Positions 1-11,176 of a stretch of DNA of 64,000 bases are shown in pieces (within the stretch, counting starts at the first letter, position 1; each line of letters opens with the position of its first letter). The stretch is from an uncultured Burkholderiales bacterium. GTDB lineage: Bacteria > Pseudomonadota > Gammaproteobacteria > Burkholderiales > Eutrophovitaceae. Made by a program: the position numbers and the translations under genes. The stretch spans positions 18,705 to 82,704 of the forward strand of contig CATOSA010000021.1 in NCBI GenBank assembly GCA_951812315.1, in the 5' to 3' direction. A model generated the notes under the pieces. It was not told where the DNA came from, did not search any database, and saw nothing but the letters and a program-made list of their open reading frames with translations.

Positions 1-498
1 TGCGTACTGATCCTGGCTGCGGGCAAAGCGCTGGCTGCAGACGAGGACGAGGGTGCCCCCTTTCTCGACGATCGTTATTCAATATGGCTGGGTGGTTTCT
101 TTCCTACGGTGGACTCGCGTTTTCGGCTCGATTCCTCTGCCGGCGTGCCCGGCGATGAGATTGATTTCGAGGATACGCTCGGTCTCGAGGATGGCAAAAA
201 CGTCGGATTCGGCGGCTTTCGCTGGCGGATAACCCCGCGCAATCTGGTTGAATTCGAACTGGTTGAGCTGAATCGTTCTGGCATTGTTGGCGGTATCTCG
301 AATCCCCTGCAGATCGGTGATTACGAGATCCGTGTCGGGGGGCAAATCGAAACGGAGTTTGACGTCGCCATTGGCCGTTTGACGTATGGACACACAGTCA
401 TCAATACCGAAAAGAGCGAAGTGGCACTAAAGAGGCTGTGTAAAAACCCGGAGGCCATCTTGTTCGAGGTGGCCTCTTTTTCATTTGTGATTAGATAG
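1..498 (+). pseudogene. Outer-membrane beta-barrel-like protein gene; 5' end lies off-window and the 3' end is interrupted by an IS insertion near 432
   Basis: Frame 1 is open from base 1. CVLILAAGKALA/ADEDEG looks like the end of a signal peptide. It is followed by alternating beta-strand-like text (YSIWLGGFFPTVDSRFRLDSS, GFGGFRWRITPRNLVEFELVEL). From about 432 the frame reads into IS-derived sequence. Confidence 0.4.
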
Positions 499-1563
499 CC
501 AGTGGCGCTGCTTGTTCGACTGGGTCTTCTTTGGCAAGTGCTCACCGGCCGGGCACTCGTAGTAATCGCCCTCGCCGCAGTAGGTAAACTCCGATTTGTC
601 GAAGTAGCAGCCATCGCCTTGGTTGTTCGTGGCGCGCTGTACCGGCACATAGGGGGCCTGGCAGCGCTTTAGCAGCTGACCATTGGAATAGCCTGCATCG
701 GCCAGTACCTGCACCCGATCGCGCTGCAGTTGGCGTTGGCTGCGTCGCGCCATGCGATACAACTGCTGCAAATCATTGGCATTTTGTACCACGTCCACAT
801 CCACGATCAGGCGGTGCTTGCCATCGACCGTGCTTTGTACGTTGTAGCCAATATGTGCGCGGGGCATCACCCGCGCCTGCTCGTCCGTATCGGGCTGCGC
901 CGAGACTTGCGCATCGTCCATCGCCCGGATGCGTTCGGTTAAGGTCTCGCGCTCGGCCCTGAGTGCGCCAAGAGCGCCTTGGGTGTCGCCGCCGTTGGGC
1001 CCTTGGTCATCATTGTCCTCATTGTCTTCGAGCGCATCGAGCCACGCTCCGATCCTGCGATCCAGGCCGCTGACTCGCTGTTGCAGATCTTTCTTGTGTG
1101 TGACTCGGCTGCGGCTGTTGTCCGCCCTGAACTTGCTGCCATCAACCGCGATTTGCTCGCCGCCATACAGCGCTTGCGAGCGGCAAAACTGCACGAACGC
1201 CCGACACACGCGCGTCAGGGCCACACGGTTGTCCACCCGGAAGTTGGCAATGGTCTTGTGATCTGGCGCCAGCCGGTTCAGCAACCACAGAACCTCGAGG
1301 TTCTTCTGGCACTCGCGCTCAAGACACCGTGAGCTGCGTACTCGGTGCATATAGCCGTACAAATACAGCTTTAACACATCACCCGGGTGGTACGGTGGCC
1401 GGCCCGTGGCCTGAAGCTGCATGCGGGCAAAACCAAGTGCATTCAAATCTAGCGTATCAACAAACGCGTCGATCACCCGGACTGCATTGTCCTGGCCTAT
1501 CAGATCATCGAGCCGCTCCGGAAATAGCGTCGCCTGATCCCGGCTTTGTCCCTGAATGTGCAT
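481..1563 (-). CDS. IS1182-family transposase, 360 aa, apparently lacking the C-terminal part of the DDE domain
   Basis: The N-terminus QATLFPERLDDLIGQDNAVRVIDAFVDTLDL..GF, then VDGSKFRADNS and ADAGY, match IS1182-type transposases. The ORF stops soon after the CPAGE zinc-finger-like motif, where full-length relatives continue for roughly 100 aa or more. Confidence 0.7.
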   Translation of the reverse strand: MHIQGQSRDQATLFPERLDDLIGQDNAVRVIDAFVDTLDLNALGFARMQLQATGRPPYHPGDVLKLYLYGYMHRVRSSRCLERECQKNLEVLWLLNRLAPDHKTIANFRVDNRVALTRVCRAFVQFCRSQALYGGEQIAVDGSKFRADNSRSRVTHKKDLQQRVSGLDRRIGAWLDALEDNEDNDDQGPNGGDTQGALGALRAERETLTERIRAMDDAQVSAQPDTDEQARVMPRAHIGYNVQSTVDGKHRLIVDVDVVQNANDLQQLYRMARRSQRQLQRDRVQVLADAGYSNGQLLKRCQAPYVPVQRATNNQGDGCYFDKSEFTYCGEGDYYECPAGEHLPKKTQSNKQRHWLSNHK

Positions 1564-1596
1564 AAAAAAATACCCGCAACAATGTGCGGGTATTTT
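1564..1596 (-). terminator. Hairpin with flanking A7/T4 runs, directly abutting the transposase ATG
   Basis: A 9-bp stem (ATACCCGCA at 1570-1578, TGCGGGTAT at 1585-1593) with a 6-nt loop. On the minus strand it is followed by TTTTTTT and then the transposase ATG at 1563. It would stop read-through from rpoH into the IS. Confidence 0.45.
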
Positions 1597-1677
1597 CTCA
1601 AAAACCCCAGACTATTTACACAGTCTCAAATGGCGGGTTTACTTGAACGGGTCAGCTTGACCACCGGTGCTGCTGAT

Positions 1678-2538
1678 TCAGGTTGATTCAGGCACCATCA
1701 GCATGCGCATTTTCTTCATGGCCTGGGCTTCTACCTGCCTGACTCTTTCTGCAGAAATACCGAGCTCTGCCGCCAGTTCGTGCAGCGTTGCCTGATTCTC
1801 CTCGCGCAGCCAGCGTGCTTCAATGATGCGGCGGCTGCGCGCGTCAAGCGACGACAGTGCGTTTGTAAGTCCTTCTGACTGGTTGCGTGCGCCCTCTTCA
1901 TGTTCGAGGATGCGACCAGGTTCGTCATCGCTGTCGGTCAGATATGCAATTGGTGCAAAGCTGTCTTCATCAACTTCTGTTAGCGGATCAAGCGCAACAT
2001 CGTGCCCGCCCATACGTGTTTCCATTTCAACAACATCTTCCGGGCGCACATCAAGCTTTTGCGCCATGTTCTCGATTTCCTCACCGCCGAGCGAGTCGAA
2101 GCCCGATTTCATACTTCTCAGGTTGAAGAACAATTTGCGCTGCGCCTTGGTTGTTGCGACTTTAAGGATGCGCCAGTTGCGCAGCACGAATTCGTGGATC
2201 TCAGCGCGGATCCAGTGAACTGCATACGAAACCAGCCTGACCCCGCGCGACGGGTCATAGCGCTTGACTGCCTTCATCAGGCCGACATTGCCTTCCTGAA
2301 TGAGGTCACCATAAGGCAGGCCATAGCCGAGATAGCGACGGGCAATGGCCACTACCAGTCGCAGATGGGAAAGAACCAGCGCGCTGGCCGCTTCCAGGTC
2401 TTGCTCGTCCCGAAAACGTGTTGCGTAATCCGTTTCCTCCTCGCGCGACAGTAACGGCACCCGATTTACCGCCTGGATGTAATTATCCAGGCGGGCAATG
2501 GGCGGTAATGCCATCGTGGTCGTTAACGCTTGGGACAT
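1678..2538 (-). CDS. rpoH: RNA polymerase sigma-32 (heat-shock sigma factor RpoH)
   Basis: Carries the RpoH box QRKLFFNLR plus sigma-70 family regions 2 to 4. A GGAGG lies 9 nt upstream of the ATG at 2538, so the MEDRY extension in the ORF track is rejected. Confidence 0.95.
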   Translation of the reverse strand: MSQALTTTMALPPIARLDNYIQAVNRVPLLSREEETDYATRFRDEQDLEAASALVLSHLRLVVAIARRYLGYGLPYGDLIQEGNVGLMKAVKRYDPSRGVRLVSYAVHWIRAEIHEFVLRNWRILKVATTKAQRKLFFNLRSMKSGFDSLGGEEIENMAQKLDVRPEDVVEMETRMGGHDVALDPLTEVDEDSFAPIAYLTDSDDEPGRILEHEEGARNQSEGLTNALSSLDARSRRIIEARWLREENQATLHELAAELGISAERVRQVEAQAMKKMRMLMVPEST

Positions 2539-2563
2539 ATATCGATCCTCCATAGGTATTATA

Positions 2564-2590
2564 TTAGCACTCTATGGATGAGAGTGCTAA
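2564..2590. promoter_or_regulatory. Perfect 10-bp inverted repeat between ftsX and rpoH
   Basis: TTAGCACTCT (2564-2573), a 7-nt loop, then AGAGTGCTAA (2581-2590). On the minus strand it is followed immediately by TATAAT (2563-2558). Confidence 0.4.
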
Positions 2591-2626
2591 TCGCCCACAA
2601 AGTTCCTGAAAACCGACCAGATGCCC

Positions 2627-3532
2627 CTAATGGGGGTCGATTTGCCATAAGTGACGACTTACTGACATCCATGCACCAAGCCAGCCCAGTAGCGCCGCGA
2701 TCCCGAGCAATGAGGTCGCCTGTGTTAGCGACATATTGGCTAGTCGCGGGTTGAGCCCAAACAACTCGACGAGATTCGACAACTCCAGGTTAAGGACTTG
2801 CACAGCGATGGCAACGATTAGCCAGGCCGCTGCGCCGCCAAGCAAGCCCTGCAGCGAACCGAAATACAGAAAAGGCCTGCGAATAAAGCCGTTCGTTGCG
2901 CCGATCAATTTGGACACTTCTATTTCGTCGCGCCTTGTAAGAATTTGCAGTCGAATCGTATTAAAGGTGACAGCCGCTAACGCAATCGCAAGCAATATAC
3001 CTAGCACACTGACGAGCAGTTTCCCGATTCGCAGTGCCGCGTCCAGTTTGCGGGCCCAGTCCGAGTCGAGCTGCACATGTTCGACTTTGGGCCAATCAAT
3101 AGTTTCGCTGCGTAGTGCCTCCAGAACGTCGGGCGACGCAGATTTAGCTGTCACGATGAATGCATGTGGAAGTGGATTTGCGTCCAGTTCGGCGAGAATG
3201 CCGCTCATTCCGGACGAGCGCTCCAGTTGCCCGAGTGCGTCGTCTCTGTGCACGAAGCGGTAGCGACCGACGGCAGTGTGGCCCTGCAAACGTCCCTTTA
3301 AGTGGTCAACGTCGCTAATGCTTGCGTCGACTGCAAGGAACAAACTGATCTGGGGTTCTCCGGTGAGTTGCCGGGAAAATCGCTCGACGTTGTCCAGGCC
3401 GATATAAAAGCCACTCGGTAAGGCCAGTGCAATGCCGAACACAATAACATTGAGCAATGTTGCAAATGGCTGCCTTAACAGCCGTCTGACACCATCTCGC
3501 AATGCATCGATGTGTCCAAACAACCAGCTCAC
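2627..3532 (-). CDS. ftsX: Cell-division ABC transporter permease FtsX
   Basis: Four-TM FtsX-like topology with a large periplasmic loop. It overlaps ftsE by 4 bp and sits in ftsYEX-rpoH synteny. Confidence 0.9.
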   Translation of the reverse strand: MSWLFGHIDALRDGVRRLLRQPFATLLNVIVFGIALALPSGFYIGLDNVERFSRQLTGEPQISLFLAVDASISDVDHLKGRLQGHTAVGRYRFVHRDDALGQLERSSGMSGILAELDANPLPHAFIVTAKSASPDVLEALRSETIDWPKVEHVQLDSDWARKLDAALRIGKLLVSVLGILLAIALAAVTFNTIRLQILTRRDEIEVSKLIGATNGFIRRPFLYFGSLQGLLGGAAAWLIVAIAVQVLNLELSNLVELFGLNPRLANMSLTQATSLLGIAALLGWLGAWMSVSRHLWQIDPH

Positions 3533-4182
3533 GATGCCAGCTTCCCATGATCAAGATGAATTGTGCGTTGTTCAGCCCCATGAATCAGGCCGTGATCATG
3601 GGTAGAAATCATCACCGTTACGCCAACCTGATTGAACGCCTTGAACATGGCCACAATTTCACCGGCGTAGGCGGCATCGAGATTTCCAGTGGGCTCGTCG
3701 GCCAGGAGGATTGCTGGTCGGTTAACAACCGCCCGGGCAATGCACAGGCGTTGCTGCTCGCCGCCCGACAGCGTCACTGGCCTGGCTTTCTCGCGGCCCA
3801 GCAAGCCGACCTTATCAAGAGCCGCACGCACCCGGCGCCCGATCTCGCGTCTGGGAAAACCGGAAATAACCAGCGGCAAAGCGGTATTGTCGTACACGCT
3901 TCTGTCAAACAGCAGCTTGTGGTCCTGAAAAATGAAGCCGAAATTCCTGCGAAGAAACGGCAGTGAGGCACGGCCCATCTTGGTGATGTTCTGACCGTTG
4001 ATGACGACGCTGCCACGCGTCGGCCGTTCTATGCCTGCGACCAATTTCAACAGAGTTGTCTTCCCTGCGCCGGAATGCCCGGTCACAAACAGCATTTCTC
4101 CGGAATCGACGTTCACTGATACGTCCCTGAGCGCTTCATAGCCGCCCGGGTAACGTTTGGAGATGTGGCTTACCGTGATCAT
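3529..4182 (-). CDS. ftsE: Cell-division ATP-binding protein FtsE
   Basis: Walker [13 protein letters not shown] signature LSGGEQQR, Walker [10 protein letters not shown]. Confidence 0.95.
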   Translation of the reverse strand: MITVSHISKRYPGGYEALRDVSVNVDSGEMLFVTGHSGAGKTTLLKLVAGIERPTRGSVVINGQNITKMGRASLPFLRRNFGFIFQDHKLLFDRSVYDNTALPLVISGFPRREIGRRVRAALDKVGLLGREKARPVTLSGGEQQRLCIARAVVNRPAILLADEPTGNLDAAYAGEIVAMFKAFNQVGVTVMISTHDHGLIHGAEQRTIHLDHGKLAS

Positions 4183-4241
4183 TTCTCGAGCAAGGTGTTC
4201 ACAGGCCCTGTTAACGAATAGTTGCCAATTACCTGGCGAGC

Positions 4242-5222
4242 CTACACGAACAACGCTTCAACAAATGCGCGCGCATCGAACGGTCGCAAGTCCTCGATTC
4301 CTTCTCCAGTGCCGATATAGCGCAACGGAATGCTGCGATAACGGGCGATCGCTGCTATGGCGCCGCCCTTGGCAGTGCCGTCCAGTTTCGTCAAGGCCAG
4401 CCCGGTAACGCCTAACGCCTGGTCGAACGCCTTGAACTGATTGACCGCGTTCTGCCCGGTATTCGCATCAAGCACGAGCAATACTTCATGAGGTGCACCG
4501 GGTATCGCTTTCGCGATAACGCGTTTCACTTTTTTCAACTCGTCCATCAAATGCGTCTGCGTTGGCAGGCGCCCGGCGGTATCCGCAAGCACAATGTCAG
4601 TGCCTTTCGCCTTGGCGGACTGTATCGCATCGAAGATTACAGCTGCGGAATCGCCACCTTCCTGAGAGACGACCGTGACCTTGTTGCGCTCTCCCCATAC
4701 CTTGAGTTGTTGCTCTGCAGCGGCACGGAACGTATCGCCGGCGGCAAGCACGACAGAGCGGTCGGCAGCTACAAACTGTTTCGTCAGTTTGCCGATCGAC
4801 GTTGTCTTGCCTGCCCCGTTGACGCCGGCGAGCAAAATGACGAAGGGTTTTGCCACGGACACATCCAACGGTTGTTCCAGCGGTATCAGTAACGCGAGCA
4901 ACTCTTCGCGCAACGCCACCTGCAATTCTTCGGCGTTGGTCACGCCGGAACGTCGTGCGCGTTCACGCGTGCCATCAACCAGGAACTGGGTAGCGTCTAC
5001 GCCTACGTCGCATCCGAGGAGAACGGTCTCAAGCTCTTCGAACAGCTCCTCGTCGATCGCTCGGCCAAGTGTGAACAAGGCGGAGAGTTGCCCGCCGAGA
5101 CGGGCACGGGTAGCCGAGAGACTCTGTCGGAGCCGTTTGGCGAAGGACTTGCCAGCTGGCTTCGGATCAGTGTCAGCGGCATTGTCTTCGGTTATCTTGT
5201 CAGGTTTTGAGAAACTAAACAT
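4242..5222 (-). CDS. ftsY: Signal recognition particle receptor FtsY
   Basis: SRP GTPase motifs GVNGAGKTT, DTAGR and TKLDG, with an acidic N-terminal region. Confidence 0.95.
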   Translation of the reverse strand: MFSFSKPDKITEDNAADTDPKPAGKSFAKRLRQSLSATRARLGGQLSALFTLGRAIDEELFEELETVLLGCDVGVDATQFLVDGTRERARRSGVTNAEELQVALREELLALLIPLEQPLDVSVAKPFVILLAGVNGAGKTTSIGKLTKQFVAADRSVVLAAGDTFRAAAEQQLKVWGERNKVTVVSQEGGDSAAVIFDAIQSAKAKGTDIVLADTAGRLPTQTHLMDELKKVKRVIAKAIPGAPHEVLLVLDANTGQNAVNQFKAFDQALGVTGLALTKLDGTAKGGAIAAIARYRSIPLRYIGTGEGIEDLRPFDARAFVEALFV

Positions 5223-5296
5223 ACTGGTTGCGTGTCACACTGTCCCTCGCAGACGAAGCAAGAGCAGTCACGCTCAAGTTGCCAAATGAAAAACCC

Positions 5297-6727
5297 ATGA
5301 TTCTATTCTGTTTAAACCTTGTAAACACCCTCAAGGGCAGGCTTTGCAGATCGCTATTTGCAGGATTTGTGATTTCGACTGCCGCATTGGCGGCCGATGC
5401 GGCGACGTCTTCGTCGGTACACAGCCGAGCACTCTCTAATGGTCTGGAGATCTTCGTCAAAGTTGATCGCCGCGCACCAGTAGCGGTTTCGATGTTGCTG
5501 TACCGCGCTGGAAGTATCGACGAAACGAACGGTACAACCGGCGTTGCCCATGTGCTTGAGCACATGATGTTTCAAGGCACGCACCGCGTCCCGGGCGGGG
5601 AATTCTCAACCAAGATTGCCGAAGCCGGCGGGCGATCAAATGCTTTCACCTCGGAAGACTATACCGGTTATCACCAGCAATTACACAATTCCAGTCTGGA
5701 ACTTTCTTTCGAGCTGGAAGCAGACCGAATGGTGAATCTGGATCTCACGGAAGCCTCATTTGCCAAAGAACTGCGCGTTGTCATGGAAGAGCGGCGGCAA
5801 CGAGTCGATGACAATCCTCGGGCACTGGTATATGAGCGGCTGCACTCAACGATGTTCATGGCTCACCCTTACCGCACGCCGGTTGTTGGCTGGATGAACG
5901 ACCTGGAGAATATGCGCTTGAGTGATGCGCGCGACTGGTACGACACCTGGTATGCCCCGAACAACGCGGTCCTGGTTGTTTCGGGCGATGTTCAGCCGGA
6001 GCAGGTGTTTGCCCTTGCCGAAAAATACTTTGGTCCGATCCCGGCAAAGCCGTTGCCAATGCGCAAGCCGCAGGCGGAACCGGAACAAAATGACATAAAA
6101 CGCGTGATCGTAAAAGCTCCGGCGCGTATGCCCACGGTCGCAATGGCTTATCATGCACCGGCACTGCGCGATATCGAGAATGACTGGGAACCTTATGCGC
6201 TGTCACTTCTGGCTGGCGTACTGGATGGTCACCCGGCGGCGCGACTGGAGCGTGCAATGGTCAGCGAATCCCGTGTCGCCCACTCTGTCAGCTCGCATTA
6301 CGACGGAATCAGGCGCGGGCCGGGTGCATTTTATGTCAACGTCACACCAGCTCAGGGAAAAAGCGTCGACGATGTCGAACGGGTGTGGCGAGAGCAGCTT
6401 GCGCTTCTGATCGCCGGCGGCGTGAGCGAGGATGAACTGCAACGGGTGAAGGCGCAGGTGATCGCGTCACAGGTTTACAGCCAGGATTCGGTGTTCAGTC
6501 AGGCTTCGCAGATTGGCAGGATGCGCTCTCTCGGATTGCCGCACGATGCGGCTTTGACAATGACCGGAAAATTGCGGGAAGTCACGCCAGATCAGGTTCG
6601 GGCAGTTGCCCGCAAGTATCTGATTGATGACAGACTGACTATTGCGATACTGGACCCCCAGCCAATGGCGCAGGTCGGCGAGGCTGGATTAACGATGACC
6701 GACCAGGCAGGCTCTGGCTCGAAATAA
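5297..6727 (+). CDS. M16 (pitrilysin) family zinc peptidase, active-site subunit
   Basis: Inverted zinc motif HVLEHMMFQG (HxxEH). The signal peptide starts at MILFCLN. The 5228 start in the ORF track would nearly touch the ftsY start. Confidence 0.85.
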   Translation: MILFCLNLVNTLKGRLCRSLFAGFVISTAALAADAATSSSVHSRALSNGLEIFVKVDRRAPVAVSMLLYRAGSIDETNGTTGVAHVLEHMMFQGTHRVPGGEFSTKIAEAGGRSNAFTSEDYTGYHQQLHNSSLELSFELEADRMVNLDLTEASFAKELRVVMEERRQRVDDNPRALVYERLHSTMFMAHPYRTPVVGWMNDLENMRLSDARDWYDTWYAPNNAVLVVSGDVQPEQVFALAEKYFGPIPAKPLPMRKPQAEPEQNDIKRVIVKAPARMPTVAMAYHAPALRDIENDWEPYALSLLAGVLDGHPAARLERAMVSESRVAHSVSSHYDGIRRGPGAFYVNVTPAQGKSVDDVERVWREQLALLIAGGVSEDELQRVKAQVIASQVYSQDSVFSQASQIGRMRSLGLPHDAALTMTGKLREVTPDQVRAVARKYLIDDRLTIAILDPQPMAQVGEAGLTMTDQAGSGSK

Positions 6728-6731
6728 TCTC

Positions 6732-8093
6732 ATGAGACTTTGGAAAGTGACTGCCGTGGTATCAAGCCGTAAAGCAAAGATTGCTTCATCGATGATTGTG
6801 GCGGGACTGGTTTGCGCGTACACGAGCACAGCGCAAGCAGGGCCTGAAATTGAAAGCTGGCAAGCAGCAAGCGGGGCGCGGGTGCTGTACGCCGCGTCGC
6901 GTACCTTGCCGATGCTTGACGTCGCGGTCGATTTTCCCGGCGGTTCGAGTCGTGACGCGCCCGAAAAAATCGGTCTCGCGAGCCTGACACTGCGAATGAT
7001 GCGTAAAGGCACGAGTTCACTCGACGAAAACCGCATTTCCGAAGAACTGGCGGGCATCGGTGCCAGGCTTTCGCAGCGTTTTGATCTTGATCGCAGTGGT
7101 TATGCCCTGCGTTCCTTGTCTGACAAAACCGTTCGTGACAACGCCCTGGAGATCTTGCAAGGTGTTCTTGCGACTCCCAGTTTTCCCGCAGACGTGCTTG
7201 AACGCGAAAAGTCCCGGACCATTGCTTTCATCGAGGAACGCAGTATCCGGCCAGGCGTGATCGCGGCACAGACGTTCAATAAACTGTTGTACGGCGACCA
7301 TCCCTATGGGGCGACCAGGACCGGAACACCGGAAACTGTCGCCGCTCTGAACCGCGACGATCTGGTGTCATTTCACCGCCAACATTATGTGGCGCAGGAC
7401 GCAGTCGTCACCATAGTCGGCGATGTCTCGAAGCAGGAAGCGCAACGAATCGCCGAGGACGTTACCCGCCGTTTGCCGCGCGCTAGTGAGCCACTGGCGC
7501 CGTTGCCGCCGGTACCCGCTATGACCGAAAGCGCTGAAGTTGTCATCCCGCACGCAGCCAGCCAGGCACATATTTACATCGGTATGCCTGGTGTTCGGCG
7601 TGGTGATCCCGACTATTTCCCGTTGTGGATCGCAGGTCAGATTCTCGGTGGCGGCGGTATGACTTCGATGCTGAACGAGGAATTGCGCGAAAAACGCGGT
7701 TTGACCTACAGCGCCTATAGTTACTTCTCTCCGTATTTACTACCAGGTCCTTTTACGATCACGCTGCAAACACGTAAGGACCAGGCTTGGGAGGCGCTTT
7801 CCGTTGCACGGACGACGCTGGAGGATTTTATCGCCGAAGGTCCAACCGAGCAGCAATTGCAAGCGGCCAAACGCTACGTAATTGGGGGGTTCGCACTAAA
7901 TATCGACAGCAATGCCGAACTCATCGGGTACCTCGCCATGGTCGGCTTCTATCAATTGCCACTGGACTATCTCGACCGTTTTCCGGAACAGATCAGTAAG
8001 GTTACGCTGGGCGAAGTGCAAGATGCGCTGCGGCGTCGCCTCGCGCCGGCGAAAACGGCTACGGTCGTGGTCGGACCAACAGAAAGACCGTAA
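6732..8093 (+). CDS. M16 family peptidase-like protein, non-catalytic partner subunit
   Basis: Same fold and length as the upstream gene but without HxxEH. Signal peptide ends ...LVCAYTSTAQA. Only 4 bp separate it from the upstream stop. Confidence 0.8.
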   Translation: MRLWKVTAVVSSRKAKIASSMIVAGLVCAYTSTAQAGPEIESWQAASGARVLYAASRTLPMLDVAVDFPGGSSRDAPEKIGLASLTLRMMRKGTSSLDENRISEELAGIGARLSQRFDLDRSGYALRSLSDKTVRDNALEILQGVLATPSFPADVLEREKSRTIAFIEERSIRPGVIAAQTFNKLLYGDHPYGATRTGTPETVAALNRDDLVSFHRQHYVAQDAVVTIVGDVSKQEAQRIAEDVTRRLPRASEPLAPLPPVPAMTESAEVVIPHAASQAHIYIGMPGVRRGDPDYFPLWIAGQILGGGGMTSMLNEELREKRGLTYSAYSYFSPYLLPGPFTITLQTRKDQAWEALSVARTTLEDFIAEGPTEQQLQAAKRYVIGGFALNIDSNAELIGYLAMVGFYQLPLDYLDRFPEQISKVTLGEVQDALRRRLAPAKTATVVVGPTERP

Positions 8094-8168
8094 TTAAGAG
8101 AAGCGCGCCACAATTGACGGCACAGTGTGTTGCTAGCATGAATGACGTGAATTGGTCAGCATATTGAA

Positions 8169-9484
<1,316 letters not shown>

Positions 9485-9488
9485 CGAG

Positions 9489-10307
9489 CTAGCGTTGACA
9501 GCGGGTGCAATAGAACGTTGAGCGCTGCCCGAGGCGGACCGCGCGAATTGGGGTGCCGCAGATAGTGCACGGCTGCCCCTGTCGTGCGTAGACTGTGTAT
9601 TGCTGTTGGAAATAGCCTGGCGATCCGTCCGTCCCGAAGAAGTCGCGCAAACTACTACCACCGGCGCTGATTGCGTCAGCGAGCGTCTGCTTGATCGTCG
9701 GCACCAACGTTGCGCAACGCTGCAAACTCAAACGGCCGGCTTTGGTGCGCGGATTGATTCGCGCGCCGAACAACGCCTCGTTGGCGTAGATATTTCCAAC
9801 GCCGGCGACAATATGACTGTTCATTAATGCAACTTTAATGGCGACGCTTCGCCCGCGCGTGTGCTGGTGCAGCCACTTTCCATCGAAGCTGTCTTCCAGG
9901 GGCTCCGGCCCGAGGCTGTTAAGAAGTGCATGTTGCAAAGGGTCTTTTTCGGTCCACAAGAGCGCGCCAAATCGCCGCGGATCGGTGAAGCGAACAAGCA
10001 TCCCGGAGGACATGACGATGTCGACATGATCATGTCCCGAATAAGGCGTTGATTGTGGCACGACGCGCAGCCGTCCGGACATTCCGAGATGGATAAGCAT
10101 CCAGCCCTGGCCACCGCAGTCGATCAGAAGATATTTCCCGCGACGCGCGACCGTATGGATCGTCAGTCCGCTTGCCAGTTTGTTCAACTCCCTGGGGACT
10201 GGCCAGCGCAGTCGCCAGTCGCGTACAACGACGCTGTCAATACGCTGGCCGACCAGATGCGGTTCGAGCCCGCGGCGCGTCGTTTCGACTTCCGGCAGTT
10301 CCGGCAT
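9489..10307 (-). CDS. mutM: Formamidopyrimidine-DNA glycosylase
   Basis: N-terminal MPELPEVE catalytic motif and a C-terminal zinc finger CTICGTPI...YCTRCQ. Confidence 0.95.
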   Translation of the reverse strand: MPELPEVETTRRGLEPHLVGQRIDSVVVRDWRLRWPVPRELNKLASGLTIHTVARRGKYLLIDCGGQGWMLIHLGMSGRLRVVPQSTPYSGHDHVDIVMSSGMLVRFTDPRRFGALLWTEKDPLQHALLNSLGPEPLEDSFDGKWLHQHTRGRSVAIKVALMNSHIVAGVGNIYANEALFGARINPRTKAGRLSLQRCATLVPTIKQTLADAISAGGSSLRDFFGTDGSPGYFQQQYTVYARQGQPCTICGTPIRAVRLGQRSTFYCTRCQR

Positions 10308-10318
10308 GCCTGGCCCGG

Positions 10319-11176
10319 TTAATTGCTGGCGACTCGGGTCGGATCGAGCAGACGCCCGCCGGCTTCGGCACCGAGCTCATAGCGCATGTTTTCGCCGACA
10401 CGAAGAAACAGCACATCCGGAGCAGGGGGCTGCACCTGAAAGGTTGCAGAGCGGCCATTGGCGAACCGGATCACGATACGCTCGCCTTGTAACGGACCAT
10501 CATTCGGTACGGCCGACAGACTGTTCGCAAGTTGCCACTCAGCGACCCACAGGTTCAATGTGTCTCCGGAGAGCTCTTCGGCGCCGTTCGGGGCCGCTTC
10601 GCCCCGCACCGACCAGGCACCATTGTCTTCTTTCAGGACTTGCCAGTCGCCAAAATCAAATGCCACCGGTGCCTCGTCATCTCCAAGGAGCCTGCGGCTG
10701 ACCAGTTTCAATGAGTTTCCGGGAATACTGTAGCCAAAGTATGTTTTAACCAGGTAAACGCGGTCGTCAGTCCCGAGATATTGCTCGTTGGTAATTTCAT
10801 TGATACTTCCGAACGTGAGCGACTGATCGTTCAGCGTCACTGTCAGCACTGCCGGGTCGAGCCCATAGCTTGACAGGTTCTCGTTCGGAACTTCCTCGGA
10901 CGCTGTTGCCGTGGAAATATCGAGCAGCCGGTCAATCTGAATTTGTTGAACGCGCGTCTGGTACGGGCGCAGCATATGCCAGGTGGTGCCACGCTTTTCC
11001 ATTTCAGCGTCCGCGGCATTGTGCCGTTCGATGCGAACCCGGCTGATTTGATCGCGACCAAGCTGCGTAATTCTGACCTCGGGGATGTCTGTCTCCGCCG
11101 GACGAAAATATGCGTATAGCGCCAGTCCGACCAAGGCGGCCAGCAGCGCAACGTTGAGCAGCAGGTGCGACTTCAC
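10319..11176 (-). CDS. DUF4340-like protein, last gene of the GldG-type ABC operon
   Basis: One N-terminal TM helix followed by a soluble domain. The GTG at 11176 overlaps the upstream TGA (GTGA), which I prefer over the 11194 GTG. Confidence 0.6.
   Translation of the reverse strand: MKSHLLLNVALLAALVGLALYAYFRPAETDIPEVRITQLGRDQISRVRIERHNAADAEMEKRGTTWHMLRPYQTRVQQIQIDRLLDISTATASEEVPNENLSSYGLDPAVLTVTLNDQSLTFGSINEITNEQYLGTDDRVYLVKTYFGYSIPGNSLKLVSRRLLGDDEAPVAFDFGDWQVLKEDNGAWSVRGEAAPNGAEELSGDTLNLWVAEWQLANSLSAVPNDGPLQGERIVIRFANGRSATFQVQPPAPDVLFLRVGENMRYELGAEAGGRLLDPTRVASN

Larger units (their letters stand above)
432..1627 (-). mobile_element. IS1182-family insertion sequence, short and possibly internally deleted
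   Basis: Imperfect terminal inverted repeats: GAGGCTGTGTAAA at 432-444 and its inverted copy GAGACTGTGTAAA at 1627-1615. They enclose the transposase ORF. The boundaries are my estimate. Confidence 0.5.

Noticed and set aside
5228-5296. Long N-terminal extensions offered by the ORF track for this gene, and likewise for prs (18367), rplY (19580), pth (20109), yebC (22368), ruvA (23704), DUF1501 (47718) and the hydroxylase large subunit (55616)
   Set aside because: In each case a downstream start matches the conserved N-terminus, signal peptide or RBS. The extension overlaps a neighbouring gene, a tRNA or an intergenic repeat.
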